A DNA stretch of 63,995 nucleotides, the filler included, from Chiloscyllium plagiosum (Eukaryota), in the NCBI RefSeq assembly GCF_004010195.1. It is 7 parts of 2 records of this genome, joined end to end, with 100 filler letters (N's around TTAATTAATTAA, not from the genome) between each part and the next. Parts side by side here need not be neighbours in the genome. Positions count along the whole stretch, not along the records: positions 34,368 to 45,129 come from NC_057712.1; positions 45,230 to 54,540 come from NC_057712.1; 5 more parts are not named here. One strand, 5' to 3'. Numbering within the stretch: position 1 is the stretch's first letter; every line of letters begins with the position of its first letter. This document shows positions 37,163 through 49,555 of this stretch, piece by piece. The translations under genes and the position numbers were made by a program. The notes under the pieces were generated by a model that did not search any database, was not told the origin of the DNA, and saw only the letters and a list, made by a program, of their open reading frames with translations.

Positions 37163-38403
37163 GGACCTAGTCTGCCTGTGATCTCCACGCTCCGAAAGCG
37201 GGAAGTATCTGACCAGGAATTTTCTGTAATTGTCTTTGGAAGATCAGTTTCTGGAAGCCAGAAGTTTTTGAAGTTTCTGAACTGGGTATTACAACCTGAC
37301 TGAGAAAGAGACCTTTTAATATTTTATTGGATTAGAATAATTCTTCAGTCTTTATAATTATTTTCAATCAAGTTTTAACAAATTAAACTTTACATCATTG
37401 CCAAAAAAAACAGCATGTCTGTTCAACACACAACCTGAACTTGTAATCTGAACCCACAGGTGAAATTCACAGTGCCTTATTTGGTGAAGTCAGGCAGCAG
37501 CTGGGGCTTTGGCAGCTCTTGTGTACTGACTCAGAGTGAATATTATTCTAACCAGATCAGCAGTATTTTTAATGTCTTCCTAGGCCTCCTAGCAGTGTTT
37601 CTTATTCCAGGGAACTTGTAATGGGGGAAATATTGAATGGACTGAATGTTCTGCAAAAGGAGTGGGAACATGAGGGCCCAGAGTGAGGGGCAAACTGGAT
37701 TGCTTGGAATGAGTGTGATGGGCGTTTAATGTAATGAAGGGGTGGGACTGGCAGGCGAGAGGGTTGTCGGGGTTTCTTAGATTGATGATTTGGGATGGAG
37801 TCTGACAGAGATGGTTCTGAGAGAATATTTCGGTGCTGTTGGTGTTGTGACCAGGGTTCACAGACTAAGGATACCCGGGTAAACCACTTAGGACTGAGAT
37901 AAAAGGTTTCTTCACCCAGAAAGTGTGGAGCCTGTGGGATTTTCTATCACAGAAAGCAGTCAAGACCAAAAACAAGAAGGATCTGGATATAGCTCTTGGC
38001 TAAAGGAATCCAAAGTAGAAACAAGCTATTGAGGTGGATGATCAACCATGATCATAATGAATGGCAGAGTAGACTTGAAGAGTTGAATAGTCTCCTCTTA
38101 ATTTCTATGTTTATGGAGAAGCTGACTTTCATTATTTAAAGAAATTACATGTTCTGATCTGAGAGAGTTTGCTGTTTAATAGGAAACAAATTAACATCAG
38201 ATTGATTAAAGGACAATACACACAGGATGACAGCACAAGGATACAAACATGGACCAAGCTTTCTTTGGTGAGACACAACAGCAAAAACATTAGCGTTCCA
38301 TCCCTGTCCCTCCTCCGACCTCACCGAAGTTGGCTTATAACGGTTACTCCATGGATTCACTGAGCCCACAGTTGGATACAGTGACCCACTGAAGGGGCTT
38401 CCA

Positions 38404-38541
38404 TCACTCTCCTGGCTTATTGGCAGTGAGTTGGACCATTGTCGCCTCTCCTGGTGTCATGTGACTCAATCTCTGGCAATGATCCTGTGACTTTGACAGT
38501 GTTGCAGTTACCCGAGGGAGGGGCTGCTTGTCCCAGTTTCC
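38404..38541 (-). CDS. DBH: DBH (dopamine beta-hydroxylase) last coding exon GNWDKQPLPRVTATLSKSQDHCQRLSHMTPGEATMVQLTANKPGE*
   Basis: Acceptor ttttctatgttcag; matches human GEWNLQPLPKVISTL..C; phase 0, in frame with preceding exon across a 135-nt intron. Confidence 0.9.
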   Translation of the reverse strand, partial: GNWDKQPLPRVTATLSKSQDHCQRLSHMTPGEATMVQLTANKPGE

Positions 38542-38676
38542 CTGAACATAGAAAATATTGCATTGTCAAGGTTTGATTTTAAATGAACTTAAATAATAAT
38601 AGTGTAGCAGAGAATATGACTATCTCCCTGTGGCAGGGTTGCTGGGATGTAGTCCTGCAGAAGCTTTGATACTTAC

Positions 38677-38836
38677 TGGGAAGCTCACTGCCGAGGATTT
38701 ATTACAGTGCATGGAAATGGGTGCAAAATCATACATGGCTTTCAGCACCTGACTGCTGAACGAGCTCCAGGGCACTGCATCAAACTGTTGTGTTACTGGT
38801 ACCTGGGGACAGCTACAAATCCTGTCATCGTCAATC
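38677..38836 (-). CDS. DBH: DBH penultimate exon, 160 nt, IDDDRICSCPQVPVTQQFDAVPWSSFSSQVLKAMYDFAPISMHCNKSSAVSFP
   Basis: ag/gtaagt boundaries; matches human VCTCPQASVSQQFTSVPWNSFNRDVLKALYSFAPISMHCNKSSAVRFQ. Confidence 0.96.
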
Positions 38837-38943
38837 CTTTAAAAATAGAACAGTGGCGTGACCATCACTATCAATGGCATCACTGAGCCCCCCTCCACCC
38901 CCAGCCACCCACCCCCTAAGAATCCTGCAGCGAGTAACTCAGA

Positions 38944-39370
38944 TCCTGACTCCCAAAGCCTATCCACCATCTACAAGGCACAAGTCAGGAGTGTGATGGA
39001 ATACTCCCCACTTGCCTGGATGGGTGCAGCTCCAACAACACTCAAGAAGCCTGATACCACCCAGGACAAAGCAACCCTCTTGACTGGCACCATGTGCACA
39101 AACATCCACTCCCTCCACTATAGTGTGTGCTATCTACAAAATGTACTGCAGAAATTCACCAAGGCTCCTTCAACAGCACCTTCCAGACCCTGTGACCTCT
39201 ATTATCTACAATGACAAGAGCAGCAAATACATGGGAACACCACCCCTTGCAAGTTCTCCTCAAACCCACTTACCATCCTTACTTAGAAATATATTGCCAT
39301 TCCTTCACTGTCCCTGGGTCAAAATTCTGGAATTCCCTCCTAAGGGATATTGTGGGTCAACCTACAGCAG
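38944..39370 (+). mobile_element. LINE 3' fragment (CR1/L2 group) in DBH intron
   Basis: QSLSTIYKAQVRSVMEYSPLAWMGAAPTTLKK..QDKA is a typical ORF2 C-terminal motif. Confidence 0.85.
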
Positions 39371-40004
39371 NNNNNNNNNNNNNNNNNNNNNNNNNNNNNN
39401 NNNNNNNNNNNNNNNNNNNNNNNNNNNNNNNNNNNNNNNNNNNNNNNNNNNNNNNNNNNNNNNNNNNNNNNNNNNNNNNNNNNNNNNNNNNNNNNNNNNN
39501 NNNNNNNNNNNNNNNNNNNNNNNNNNNNNNNNNNNNNNNNNNNNNNNNNNNNNNNNNNNNNNNNNNNNNNNNNNNNNNNNNNNNNNNNNNNNNNNNNNNN
39601 NNNNNNNNNNNNNNNNNNNNNNNNNNNNNNNNNNNNNNNNNNNNNNNNNNNNNNNNNNNNNNNNNNNNNNNNNNNNNNNNNNNNNNNNNNNNNNNNNNNN
39701 NNNNNNNNNNNNNNNNNNNNNNNNNNNNNNNNNNNNNNNNNNNNNNNNNNNNNNNNNNNNNNNNNNNNNNNNNNNNNNNNNNNNNNNNNNNNNNNNNNNN
39801 NNNNNNNNNNNNNNNNNNNNNNNNNNNNNNNNNNNNNNNNNNNNNNNNNNNNNNNNNNNNNNNNNNNNNNATTCTATCCCTGTCTTAAATACACTCAAAG
39901 ACCTGGCCTCCACAGTCCTCTTGGATGTAGGTTTGCTTGCTGAGCCGCAAGGTTAATTTCCAGATGTTTCTTTACCTTAGGAGGGTCAGCAGGCCTCAGG
40001 CAAA

Positions 40005-42273
40005 GCCTGACCCCCCGACAGTGCAGCACTCCCTCAGCGCTGACCCTCCGACAGTGCGGCACTCCCTCAGCACTGACACACCCACAGTGCGGCACTCACT
40101 CAGCACTGACCCTCCGACAATACAGCACTCCCTCAGCACTGACCCTCCGACAATACAGCACTCCCTCAGCGCTGACCCTTCGACAGTGCGGCACTCTCTC
40201 AGCACTGACACACACACAGTGCGGCACTCACTCAGCATTGACCCTCCGACAATACAGCATTCCCTCAGCACTGACCCTCCGACAATACAGCACTCCCTCA
40301 GCACTGACCCTCCGACAGTGCCCACTCCCTCAGCCACTGACCCTCCGACAATACAGCACTCCCTCAGCACTGACCCTCCGACANNNNNNNNNNNNNNNNN
40401 NNNNNNNNNNNNNNNNNNNNNNNNNNNNNNNNNNNNNNNNNNNNNNNNNNNNNNNNNNNNNNNNNNNNNNNNNNNNNNNNNNNNNNNNNNNNNNNNNNNN
40501 NNNNNNNNNNNNNNNNNNNNNNNNNNNNNNNNNNNNNNNNNNNNNNNNNNNNNNNNNNNNNNNNNNNNNNNNNNNNNNNNNNNNNNNNNNNNNNNNNNNN
40601 NNNNNNNNNNNNNNNNNNNNNNNNNNNNNNNNNNNNNNNNNNNNNNNNNNNNNNNNNNNNNNNNNNNNNNNNNNNNNNNNNNNNNNNNNNNNNNNNNNNN
40701 NNNNNNNNNNNNNNNNNNNNNNNNNNNNNNNNNNNNNNNNNNNNNNNNNNNNNNNNNNNNNNNNNNNNNNNNNNNNNNNNNNNNNNNNNNNNNNNNNNNN
40801 NNNNNNNNNNNNNNNNNNNNNNNNNNNNNNNNNNNNNNNNNNNNNNNNNNNNNNNNNNNNNNNNNNNNNNNNNNNNNNNNNNNNNNNNNNNNNNNNNNNN
40901 NNNNNNNNNNNNNNNNNNNNNNNNNNNNNNNNNNNNNNNNNNNNNNNNNNNNNNNNNNNNNNNNNNNNNNNNNNNNNNNNNNNNNNNNNNNNNNNNNNNN
41001 NNNNNNNNNNNNNNNNNNNNNNNNNNNNNNCTCAGCACTGACCCTCCCACAGTGCGGCACTTCCTCAGCACTGACCCTCCCACAGTGCGGCACTTCCTCA
41101 GCACTGACCCTCCCACAGTGCGGCACTTCCTCAGCACTGACCCTCCCACAGTGCGGCACTTCCTCAGCACTGACCCTCCCACAGTGCGGCACTTCCTCAG
41201 CACTGACCCTCCCACAGTGCGGCACTTCCTCAGCACTGACCCTCCCACAGTGCGGCACTCCCTCAGCACTGACCCTCCGACAGTGCCCATTCCCTCAGCA
41301 CTGACCCTCCCACAGTACAGTACTCCCTCCGCACTGACCCTCTGACAGTGCGGCACTCTCTCAGCACTGACCCTCCCACAGTGCGGCACTTCCTCAGCAC
41401 TGACCCTCCCACAGTGCGGCACTCCCTCAGCACTGACCCCCCCACAGTACAGTACTCCCTCCGCACTGACCCTCTGACAGTGCAGCACTCCCTCAGCGCG
41501 GCACTCCCTCAGCACTGACCCTCCCACAGTACAGTACTCCCTCCGCACTGACCCTCTGACAGTGCAGCACTCTCTCAGCACTGACCCTCCGATAGTGCGG
41601 CGCTCCCTCAGCACTGACCGTCCCACAGTACGGCGCTCCCTCAGCGCTGACCCTCCAACAGGGCGGCACTCCCTCAGTGCTGACCCTCCGACAGTGCGGC
41701 ACTCCCTTAGCGCTGACCATCCGACAGTGCGGCACTCCGTCAGCACTGACCCTCCGACAGTGTGGCGCTCCCTCAGCACTGACCTTCCCACAGTGCGGCG
41801 CTCCCTCAGCACTGACCCTCCCACAGTACAGCACTCCCTAAGTGCTTACCCTCTGACAGTGTGGCACTCCCTCAGTGCTGTCCCTCCGACAATGCAGCAC
41901 TCCCTCAGCACTGACCCTCCGACAGTGCGGCACTCCCTCAGCACTGAACCTCCGACAGTGTGGCACTCCCTCAGTGCTGTCCCTCCGACAATGCAGCACT
42001 CCCTCAGTGCTGACCCTCTGGCAGTGAGGCATTCCCTCAGCACTGAACCTCCGACAGTGCGGCACTCCCTCAGCACTGACCCTCCAACCGTGCGGCACTC
42101 CCTCGCACTGACCCTCCAACAATGTGGTGCTCCCTCGGCACTGACCCTCCAACAGTGCCCACTCCTTCAGCACTGACCCTCCGACAGTGCGGCACTCCCT
42201 CAGCACTGACCCTCCGACAGTGCCCACTCCCTCAGTGCTGACCCTCTGACAGTGTGGCACTCCCTCAGCACTA
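40005..42273 (+). repeat. 33-bp minisatellite (CACTCCCTCAGCACTGACCCTCCGACAGTGCGG) spanning an N gap
   Basis: Direct periodicity; source of the repetitive HSLSTDPPTVR ORFs. Confidence 0.96.
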
Positions 42274-42919
42274 ATACTGGATTATGTCAATGTCTGGGGA
42301 AATTGCTGCGGAATTCACAAGATCCATCTTGATCACATTTGTTACACTGACCTGCACTGTGGCATTTCTGTGCAATATAGATTGTAACTGTATTTACACC
42401 ATGTTAATTCTGAGTGTTAGAAATCTAGTCTGGTTGTGTTGTGGATTGTATTGCGTATCAGGTGTCACATTGTAATTCAATCTTGACTGTTTGCTCTGCA
42501 ATTGTAACAACCCTGAATTCTTACACTGTCCTCACACAAGTTCTTTGAGCTGACATCATTGGTGACATCAGCCTGGGGTGGTGGATTTGTTTTTCTCTGA
42601 GTTGTTCTGACCTTGTTACTTGGGTAAGAGTTTATTTAGGAATCAATTTAAACACTGCATGATACCCGTGCTCCTGCAAATATTGAGAGTGATTAATCAT
42701 TACATTCCTGTTTTGGCTCCAATATTTAGTTGTGTTTAATTTAGAATGACTGAGTTTTCTGCTGCAATTAACAGCTCAAATATTTGAAAGATAAGCTGCA
42801 AATGGTCAGTCAGAGAGCAGTGAGTGAAGACCTACACTCTCGACAGAGTTAGGCTTTGGAAACCTTGCCACATCCCCTCCAGAAACACACCACTGGGAAC
42901 TGGTGGGACACTAAGTTGT

Positions 42920-44475
42920 CAAGAAGACATAAGTCAGTTACAAAGGGATACAGGTAGATGTGGTTAGTCAGCAAACATTTGGCAAAAGGAACATATTGTG
43001 GGAAGATGTGAAGTCCATTTCAGCTGGACAAGTAAAACCAAAAAGCCAACTATCTAAACGCTGCCGGATTGCAGAGCTCTGAGATGCAGGGGGATCAGGC
43101 TGTCTGACAGCTTAAATCATAAATGTTTAGTTTACAGGTGCTACTTAGGAAAGCTACTAGAATATTCTCACCCATGGCCATACCAGTCTGAAAATGTCTG
43201 ATCTCAGGCCTGCTTAGTGTGAGGATGGGAGGCTGCCTGGGAATACAGGTCCAGTCATGGTAGTGTCCTTACCTCTGGAGCAGACTTGGCTTCAAGTTCC
43301 ACTTGACCCAGATGTTTGTGATAGAAACTCTGAACAAGTTGATTAGAGAAAAAAAAAGGTTCTGATGTATTATGAGTGGAACTGAGTACAGAGTTAGAGA
43401 GGACATGGCAAGACCCCCATATCTGGAATACTGTGCACAATATTGGTCTCCTTATTAAAGGATGTGTTGGGACCAGTTCAGAGGAAGTTTACTGGATGAA
43501 TACCTGGATTTAGGGAGAGGAGGGAGTGTTGTGGATTTTTTGGGAGTGAAGGTTGGATAGACTGGGCTTGTAACCACTGGATTTCAGAAGTGTAAGAGGC
43601 AACATGATTGAATCATAAGACACCCAGGGGTCATGACAAGGTCAAGGTAGACAGCATGTTTCCTGTTGAGTTCAGGGTTACTGTTTAAAAAGACCCACAA
43701 CAATGTGATTCAAACTTAACCACCCTTTGGGCAATTAGAACTGGGTAATAAATGTTGGCTAGTCAATGACACCCACATCTCATAAATGGATTTAAAAAAA
43801 AGGATCTTGGGGTATTTATTCACAAATCCCTGATTACTAGAATAATTAAGAAAGCATACGGGTCACACCTTTATCAATCATGGCGTAGATTATAAGAGCA
43901 GGAAGGTTATGCTGAAGCTGTACAGGACATTAGTTAGGCCCCAGCTGGAACACTGTGTGCAGGTCTGGTCACCACACGACAGGAAGGATGAGACTGCAAC
44001 AGGAGTCGGTGCAAAGGGGATTCACCAGGATGTTCCCTGGGATGGAGCTGTCTAACTATGCAGAGAGGCTGGATAGGCTCAGCTTGCTTTCTTTGGAGCT
44101 GAGAAGGTTGAGGGGGGGGGGGTGACCTAGCAGAGGTATGTAAAGTTATGAGGGGCATGGACAGGTTAGATCGAAAACAGCAGTTCCCCTTAGTTGAAGC
44201 ATTAATTAGGGGGAGGGGGGGTAAACTTCAGGTGAAAGGCAAGAAGTTTAGAGGGGATTTTGAGAATAAAAAGAGGGTGCTGGGAATCTGGAATGCACTA
44301 CCGAGGAGGCTAATTAGTGTAAGAAACCACAAAACTCTTAACAAGTACTTGGATGAGCACTGGAAATGACATAATAGGCCTAGTGCGGGAAAGTGGGACT
44401 CATGTGGAATTAGGATAGTTTTTGGCAGTGCGTATCTGATGGGCTGAAGGGCCTCTTCTGTACTGTATAATTCTA
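42920..44475 (+). mobile_element. Nested old CR1 3' fragments
   Basis: agacccccatatctggaatactgtgcacaatattggtctcc and aggccccagctggaacactgtgtgcaggtctggtcacc (RPxLEYC motif twice); 3' tail gatgggctgaagggcctcttctgtactgtataattcta. Confidence 0.8.
43172..43252 (+). pseudogene. 5S rRNA-derived fragment (pseudogene or SINE3-type head)
   Basis: ggccataccagtctgaa...gatctc...ggcctgcttagt...ggatgggaggctgcctgggaatac matches 5S rRNA with an internal deletion. Confidence 0.8.
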
Positions 44476-44561
44476 AAAGGGATAGCCCATTTAAAACAGA
44501 TCAGGTGAAATTTTACCCGAGAGGGTCACGAGTCTTTTTCCACCAAGAACTCTCTTGGGCT

Positions 44562-45129
44562 GTCACAGGGTCAGTGCTGAGGGAGTGAGTCACTGTCAGA
44601 GGGTCAGTGCTGAGGGAGTGCCACACTGTCACAGGGTCGGGAAATTTTACCCGAGAGGGTCACGAGTCTTTTTCCACCAAGAACTCTCTTGGGCTGTCAC
44701 AGGGTCAGTGCTGAGGGAGTGGGCACTGTAACAGGGTCAGTGCTGAGGGAGTGGGCACTGTCGGAGAGTCAGTGCTGAGGGAGTGGCCACTGTAACAGGG
44801 TCAGTGCTGAGGGAGTGGGCACTGTCACAGGGTCAGTGCTGAGGGAATGGGCACTGTAACAGGGTCAGTGCTGAGGGAATGCCACACTGTCACAGGGTCA
44901 GTGCTGAGGGAGTGGGCACTGTAACAGGGTCAGTGCTGAGGGAGTGCCGCACTGTCACAGGGTCAGCTCTGAGGGAGTTTCACACTGTCAGAGGGTCAGT
45001 GATGAGGGAGTGCCGCACTGTCAGAGGGTCAGTGCTGAGGGAGTGCCGCACTGTCAGAGGGTCAGTGCTGAGGGAGTGGGCACTGTTGGAAGGTCAGTGC
45101 TGAGGGAGTGCCGCACTGTCGGAGGGTCA
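44562..45129 (-). repeat. 33-bp minisatellite, same family as 40005-42273, opposite orientation
   Basis: Unit cactgtcagagggtcagtgctgagggagtgccg is the reverse complement of the upstream unit. Confidence 0.95.
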
Positions 45130-45559
45130 NNNNNNNNNNNNNNNNNNNNNNNNNNNNNNNNNNNNNNNNNNNNTTAATTAATTAANNNNNNNNNNNNNNN
45201 NNNNNNNNNNNNNNNNNNNNNNNNNNNNNCCCACACCCCCGCTCTAACGCGGGGCACTCCCCCACCCCCACACCCCCTCTCTATCGCGGGGCACTGTACA
45301 TATTGACATGAAGCATGGAGTTACCAGCCCATGAGTGATCACATTCTCCTCCAAACACACTGGCCTGTTTCATGCACAAACAAACCCACTCCCCCTTGCC
45401 TGCAACCCTCCCACTCCTCATACTGCTTCTCCCAGATTCCCAATATTCCATGCTGTCCTTAAACTGAGCAGGTTGATAGCAGTCGTTGCAAACTGTCAGG
45501 AGTGTGCCTGTTAATCCTGGGCTGTGGGGTCTGCTCCATCAAAACCTTGTGCACAAACA

Positions 45560-46270
45560 CAGAAAGCTCGCTCACAGGGACGGCAGGTGATCAGGAAGGC
45601 TAATGGAATCTTGACCTTTATTTTAAGGGGGTTGGAGTACAAGTGTAGGGAAGTCTTAGTGAAACTGCACAAGGTGCTGGTGAGACCACATCTGGAATAC
45701 TGTGAGCAGGTTTCGTCCCCTTATTTAAGGAAAGATATTTCATTGGGGACAGTTCAGAGAAGGTTCATTAGGACGATCCCTGGTACGGAGGGATTGTCTT
45801 ATGAGGAAAGGCTAAGCAGATTGGAACTCTCCTCACTGGAGTTTAGGAGAATGGGAGCAGATTCCCCTCACCCCCTTCATATTTCTAAGCTCCATCCTTT
45901 CTCAGATACAGGGTCCAAAACTACTCACAATGTTCCAAATGTGGTCTGACCAGAGTCTTATCCAGCCTCAGCAGTGCATCCATGCTCTTGTATTCTAGTC
46001 TTCTTGAAATGAATATGAGCATTACATTTTCTTTCTTAACTGTCAATTGAACCTGCATGTTAATTTTAAGAGAATCCTAAAACAGGACTCCTAAGTCCCT
46101 TTGTATTTCAGATTTACTGGACAGTATATGTCTCTACAATAACCTCACATTCCCACATTTATTCCATTGGACATTTCTTTACTCACTCTCCTAACCTGTC
46201 CAAGTCCTTCTGCCTCTTCCTCAACACTACCAGTCCCTTCACATATCTTTGTGTCATCTGCAAACTTAGT
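45560..46270. mobile_element. Two CR1 3' fragments in opposite orientation (+ about 45560-45860; - about 45880-46270)
   Basis: Plus: VRPHLEYCEQ..LSYEERLSRL; minus: ttccaaatgtggtctgaccag and gtgtcatctgcaaact (FADDT reversed). Confidence 0.8.
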
Positions 46271-46409
46271 TCCTTTATTCAGGAAAAGCTGAAAGGATAG
46301 TAGTGAGTTTTGAGAAGATTTGTAGCTCAGATTGAGGTTCTGGATGTAGGTTTGCTCGCTGAGCTACAAGGTTAGTTTTCAGACATTTTGTCACCGTACT
46401 GGGTAACCA

Positions 46410-48119
46410 GACAGATACCTGGCAACTATAGCAAGGACTGAATGACATCACAAGGTTCTAAAAAGAGACAGTGCAAGATAGCAGACAATGACACATCCCT
46501 CCCAAGTTGTCACAACCCCTTCTATGCTTGCGTTGAGGAGAATTTCGGCGGAGAGATAACATCTATTCCAACGAGTCCTGATGAACCTACCCCAGCAGTC
46601 ACTGTATCAGAGTCAGATCAGTTTTCCTTTGTGTGAATCCAAGGAAAGCAATGGGACCAGATGGAGTACCAGGCCGTGCACTCAGACCATGTGCAGATCA
46701 ACTGGCAGAGGTCTTCCTGGACATCTCCAACCTCTCCCTGCAGCAGGCCACTCTCCCTGCCTGTTTCAAGAGGGCCAACATCATACCTGTGCCTAAGAAG
46801 GCTCATGCAGCCTGTCTCAATGACTACCGCCCAGTGACCCTAACTTCAGTGGTCATGAAGTGCTTTGAAAGGCTGGTCATGGCATTAATCAACTCCAGCC
46901 TCCCCACTACTCTTGACCCATTCCAATTTGCCTATCGGACCAACAGACCCACGTCAGATGTTATATCACTTGCCCTTCACTCCTCCCTAGAACATCTTGA
47001 CACCAAGAAAAGCTATGTAAGAATCCTACTCATTGACTTCAGCTCAGCCTTCAACATTATTATCCCCTCGAGACTGATTATTAAACTTTGTGATCTCAGA
47101 CTAAGCCCCACTCTCTGCAACTGGATCCTCAGTTTCCTGACCCACAGACCACAATCAGTGAAGATTGGGGACAATATTTCATCCTCACTATAACACTCAA
47201 CAATGGAGCCCCCACAGGGGTGCGTACTCAGCCCTGTATACTCATGACTGCGTCGTCAAATACCATTTACAATGCCATTTACGAGTTCGCTAATGACACT
47301 ATTATAATCAGTCAAATCTCAGATGGCAATGAAACGGACTACAGATGGGAGGTGGAAGACCTGGAAAAATGGTGCACTGAGAACAATCTAGCTCTCCATG
47401 GTGGCAAAACCAAGGAACTCATTATTGACTTTTGGCGGGATGTTACTCATGCCCCCTACACATTAACTGCACAGAGGTGGACCGAGTGGAGCGTGACAAG
47501 CCCCTGGGAATAGTTATCAACACCAAGCTTTCTTGGATTCTTTATGTGGACGTACTGGTTACAAAGGCCCAACAATGTCTCTTCTCCCTCAGGCAGCTGA
47601 GGAAATATGACATGATGGTCGAATCCCCTTTCCAACTTTTATAGGTGCATCATCGAGAGCATTCTGTCTGGATGTATCACTACCTGGTATGACAACTGTA
47701 CCATTCAAGATCGGGGACTGTTACAGAGAGTGGTGAACTCGGCCCGGACAATCACAAAGGCCAACCTCCCATCTATAGAATCCATCTACCAGGCCCGCTG
47801 TCAAGGAAAGGCTGCCAGCATTCTCAAAGATCCATCCCACCCTGGCAATGTTTTTCTACAACCTCTACCATCGGGGAGAAGGTACAGAAGCCTGAACACA
47901 CACCAGCCGGTTTTGTAACAGTTTCTACCCTGCTGTTGTTAGAATACTAAATGGACTCTCAAACTCCTAACATTCGCCTGTACCTGTGTTTTTGTTTTTG
48001 TTGCTGTTTACCTATTATTTACTATCTCTGCTATTTAACTCCGTGATCTGCCTGTATTGCTCACAAGACAAAGCTTTTCTCTGTGCCTCGGTACACGTGA
48101 CAATAAATTCAATTCAATA
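46410..48119 (+). mobile_element. Rex1/Babar LINE, 5'-truncated, with 3' tail
   Basis: [65 protein letters not shown]-terminus; tail aataaattcaattcaat. Confidence 0.92.
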
Positions 48120-48135
48120 AACATCTTCAGTGAGC

Positions 48136-49205
48136 TTTCAAGAGGGCCAACATCATACCTGTGCCTAAGAAGGCTCATGCAGCCTGTCTCAATGACTACC
48201 GCCCAGTGACCCTAACTTCAGTGGTCATGAAGTGCTTTGAAAGGCTGGTCATGGCATTAATCAACTCCAGCCTCCCCACTACTCTTGACCCATTCCAATT
48301 TGCCTATCGGACCAACAGATCCATGTCAGATGTTATATCACTTGCCCTTCACTCCTCCCTAGAACATCTTGACACCAAGAAAAGCTATGTAAGAATCCTA
48401 CTCATTGACTTCAGCTCAGCCTTCAACATTATTATCCCCTCGAGACTGATTATTAAACTTTGTGATCTCAGACTAAGCCCCACTCTCTGCAACTGGATCC
48501 TCAGTTTCCTGACCCACAGACCACAATCAGTGAAGATTGGGGACAATATTTCATCCTCACTATAACACTCAACAATGGAGCCCCCACAGGGGTGCGTACT
48601 CAGCCCTGTATACTCATGACTGCGTCGTCAAATACCATTTACAATGCCATTTACGAGTTCGCTAATGACACTATTATAATCAGTCAAATCTCAGATGGCA
48701 ACGAAACGGACTACAGATGGGAGGTGGAAGACCTGGAAAAATGGTGCACTGAGAACAATCTAGCTCTCCATGGTGGCAAAACCAAGGAACTCATTATTGA
48801 CTTTTGGCGGGATGTTACTCATGCCCCCTACACATTAACTGCACAGAGGTGGACCGAGTGGAGCGTGTCAAGCCCCTGGGAATAGTTATCAACAACAAGC
48901 TTTCTTGGACTCTTTATGTGGACGTACTGGTTACAAAGGCCCAACAATGTCCCTTCTCCCTCAGGCAGCTGAGGAAATTTGCCATGATGGCGAATACCCT
49001 TGCCAACTTTTATAGGTGCATCATCGAGAGCATTCTGTCTGGATGTATCACTATCTGGTATGACAACTGTACCTTCAAGATCGGAGATGGTTACAGAGAG
49101 TGGTGAACTCGGCCCGGACAATCACAAAGGCCAACCTCCCATCTAAAGAATCCATCTACCTGGTCCGCTGTCAAGGAAAGGCCACCAGCATTCTCAAAGA
49201 TCCAT
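48136..49205 (+). mobile_element. Second Rex1/Babar copy, tandem duplicate of about 46764-47835
   Basis: Constant 1372-bp offset and the same disabling stop and frameshifts. Confidence 0.92.
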
Positions 49206-49555
49206 TCCTCAATTCACTGCTGTCCATGTGCATGCCTAGCAATCGCTTAAATGTCCCTAATGACTATGCTTCCACCACCGCTGCTGGCAACGCATTCCAT
49301 GCATTCACAACTCTCTGTGTAAAGAACCTGCCTCTGATGTCGCCTCTACACCTCCGTCAGGTCACCCCTCTTCCTCCTTCTCTCCAGAGAGAGAAAAGTC
49401 CGAGCTTAGTCAACCTCTCTTCTTAAGACAAGCCTTCCAGTCCAGGTAGCATCCTGATAAACCTTCCTAGCACCCTCTCATAAGCCTCTGTTTCTTTCCT
49501 ATGATAGGATGACCAGAACTGGATACAATATTCCAAGTGTGGTCTCACCAGGGTT
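49206..49555 (-). mobile_element. CR1 3' fragment
   Basis: gaccagaactggatacaatattccaagtgtggtctcaccag is LVRPHLEYC..FWS reversed. Confidence 0.85.

Noticed and set aside
39937..42260. Long ORFs with HSLSTDPPTVR / RECRTVGGSVL repeats
   Set aside because: Translations of a 33-bp minisatellite and N gaps; open on both strands, no splice or domain evidence.
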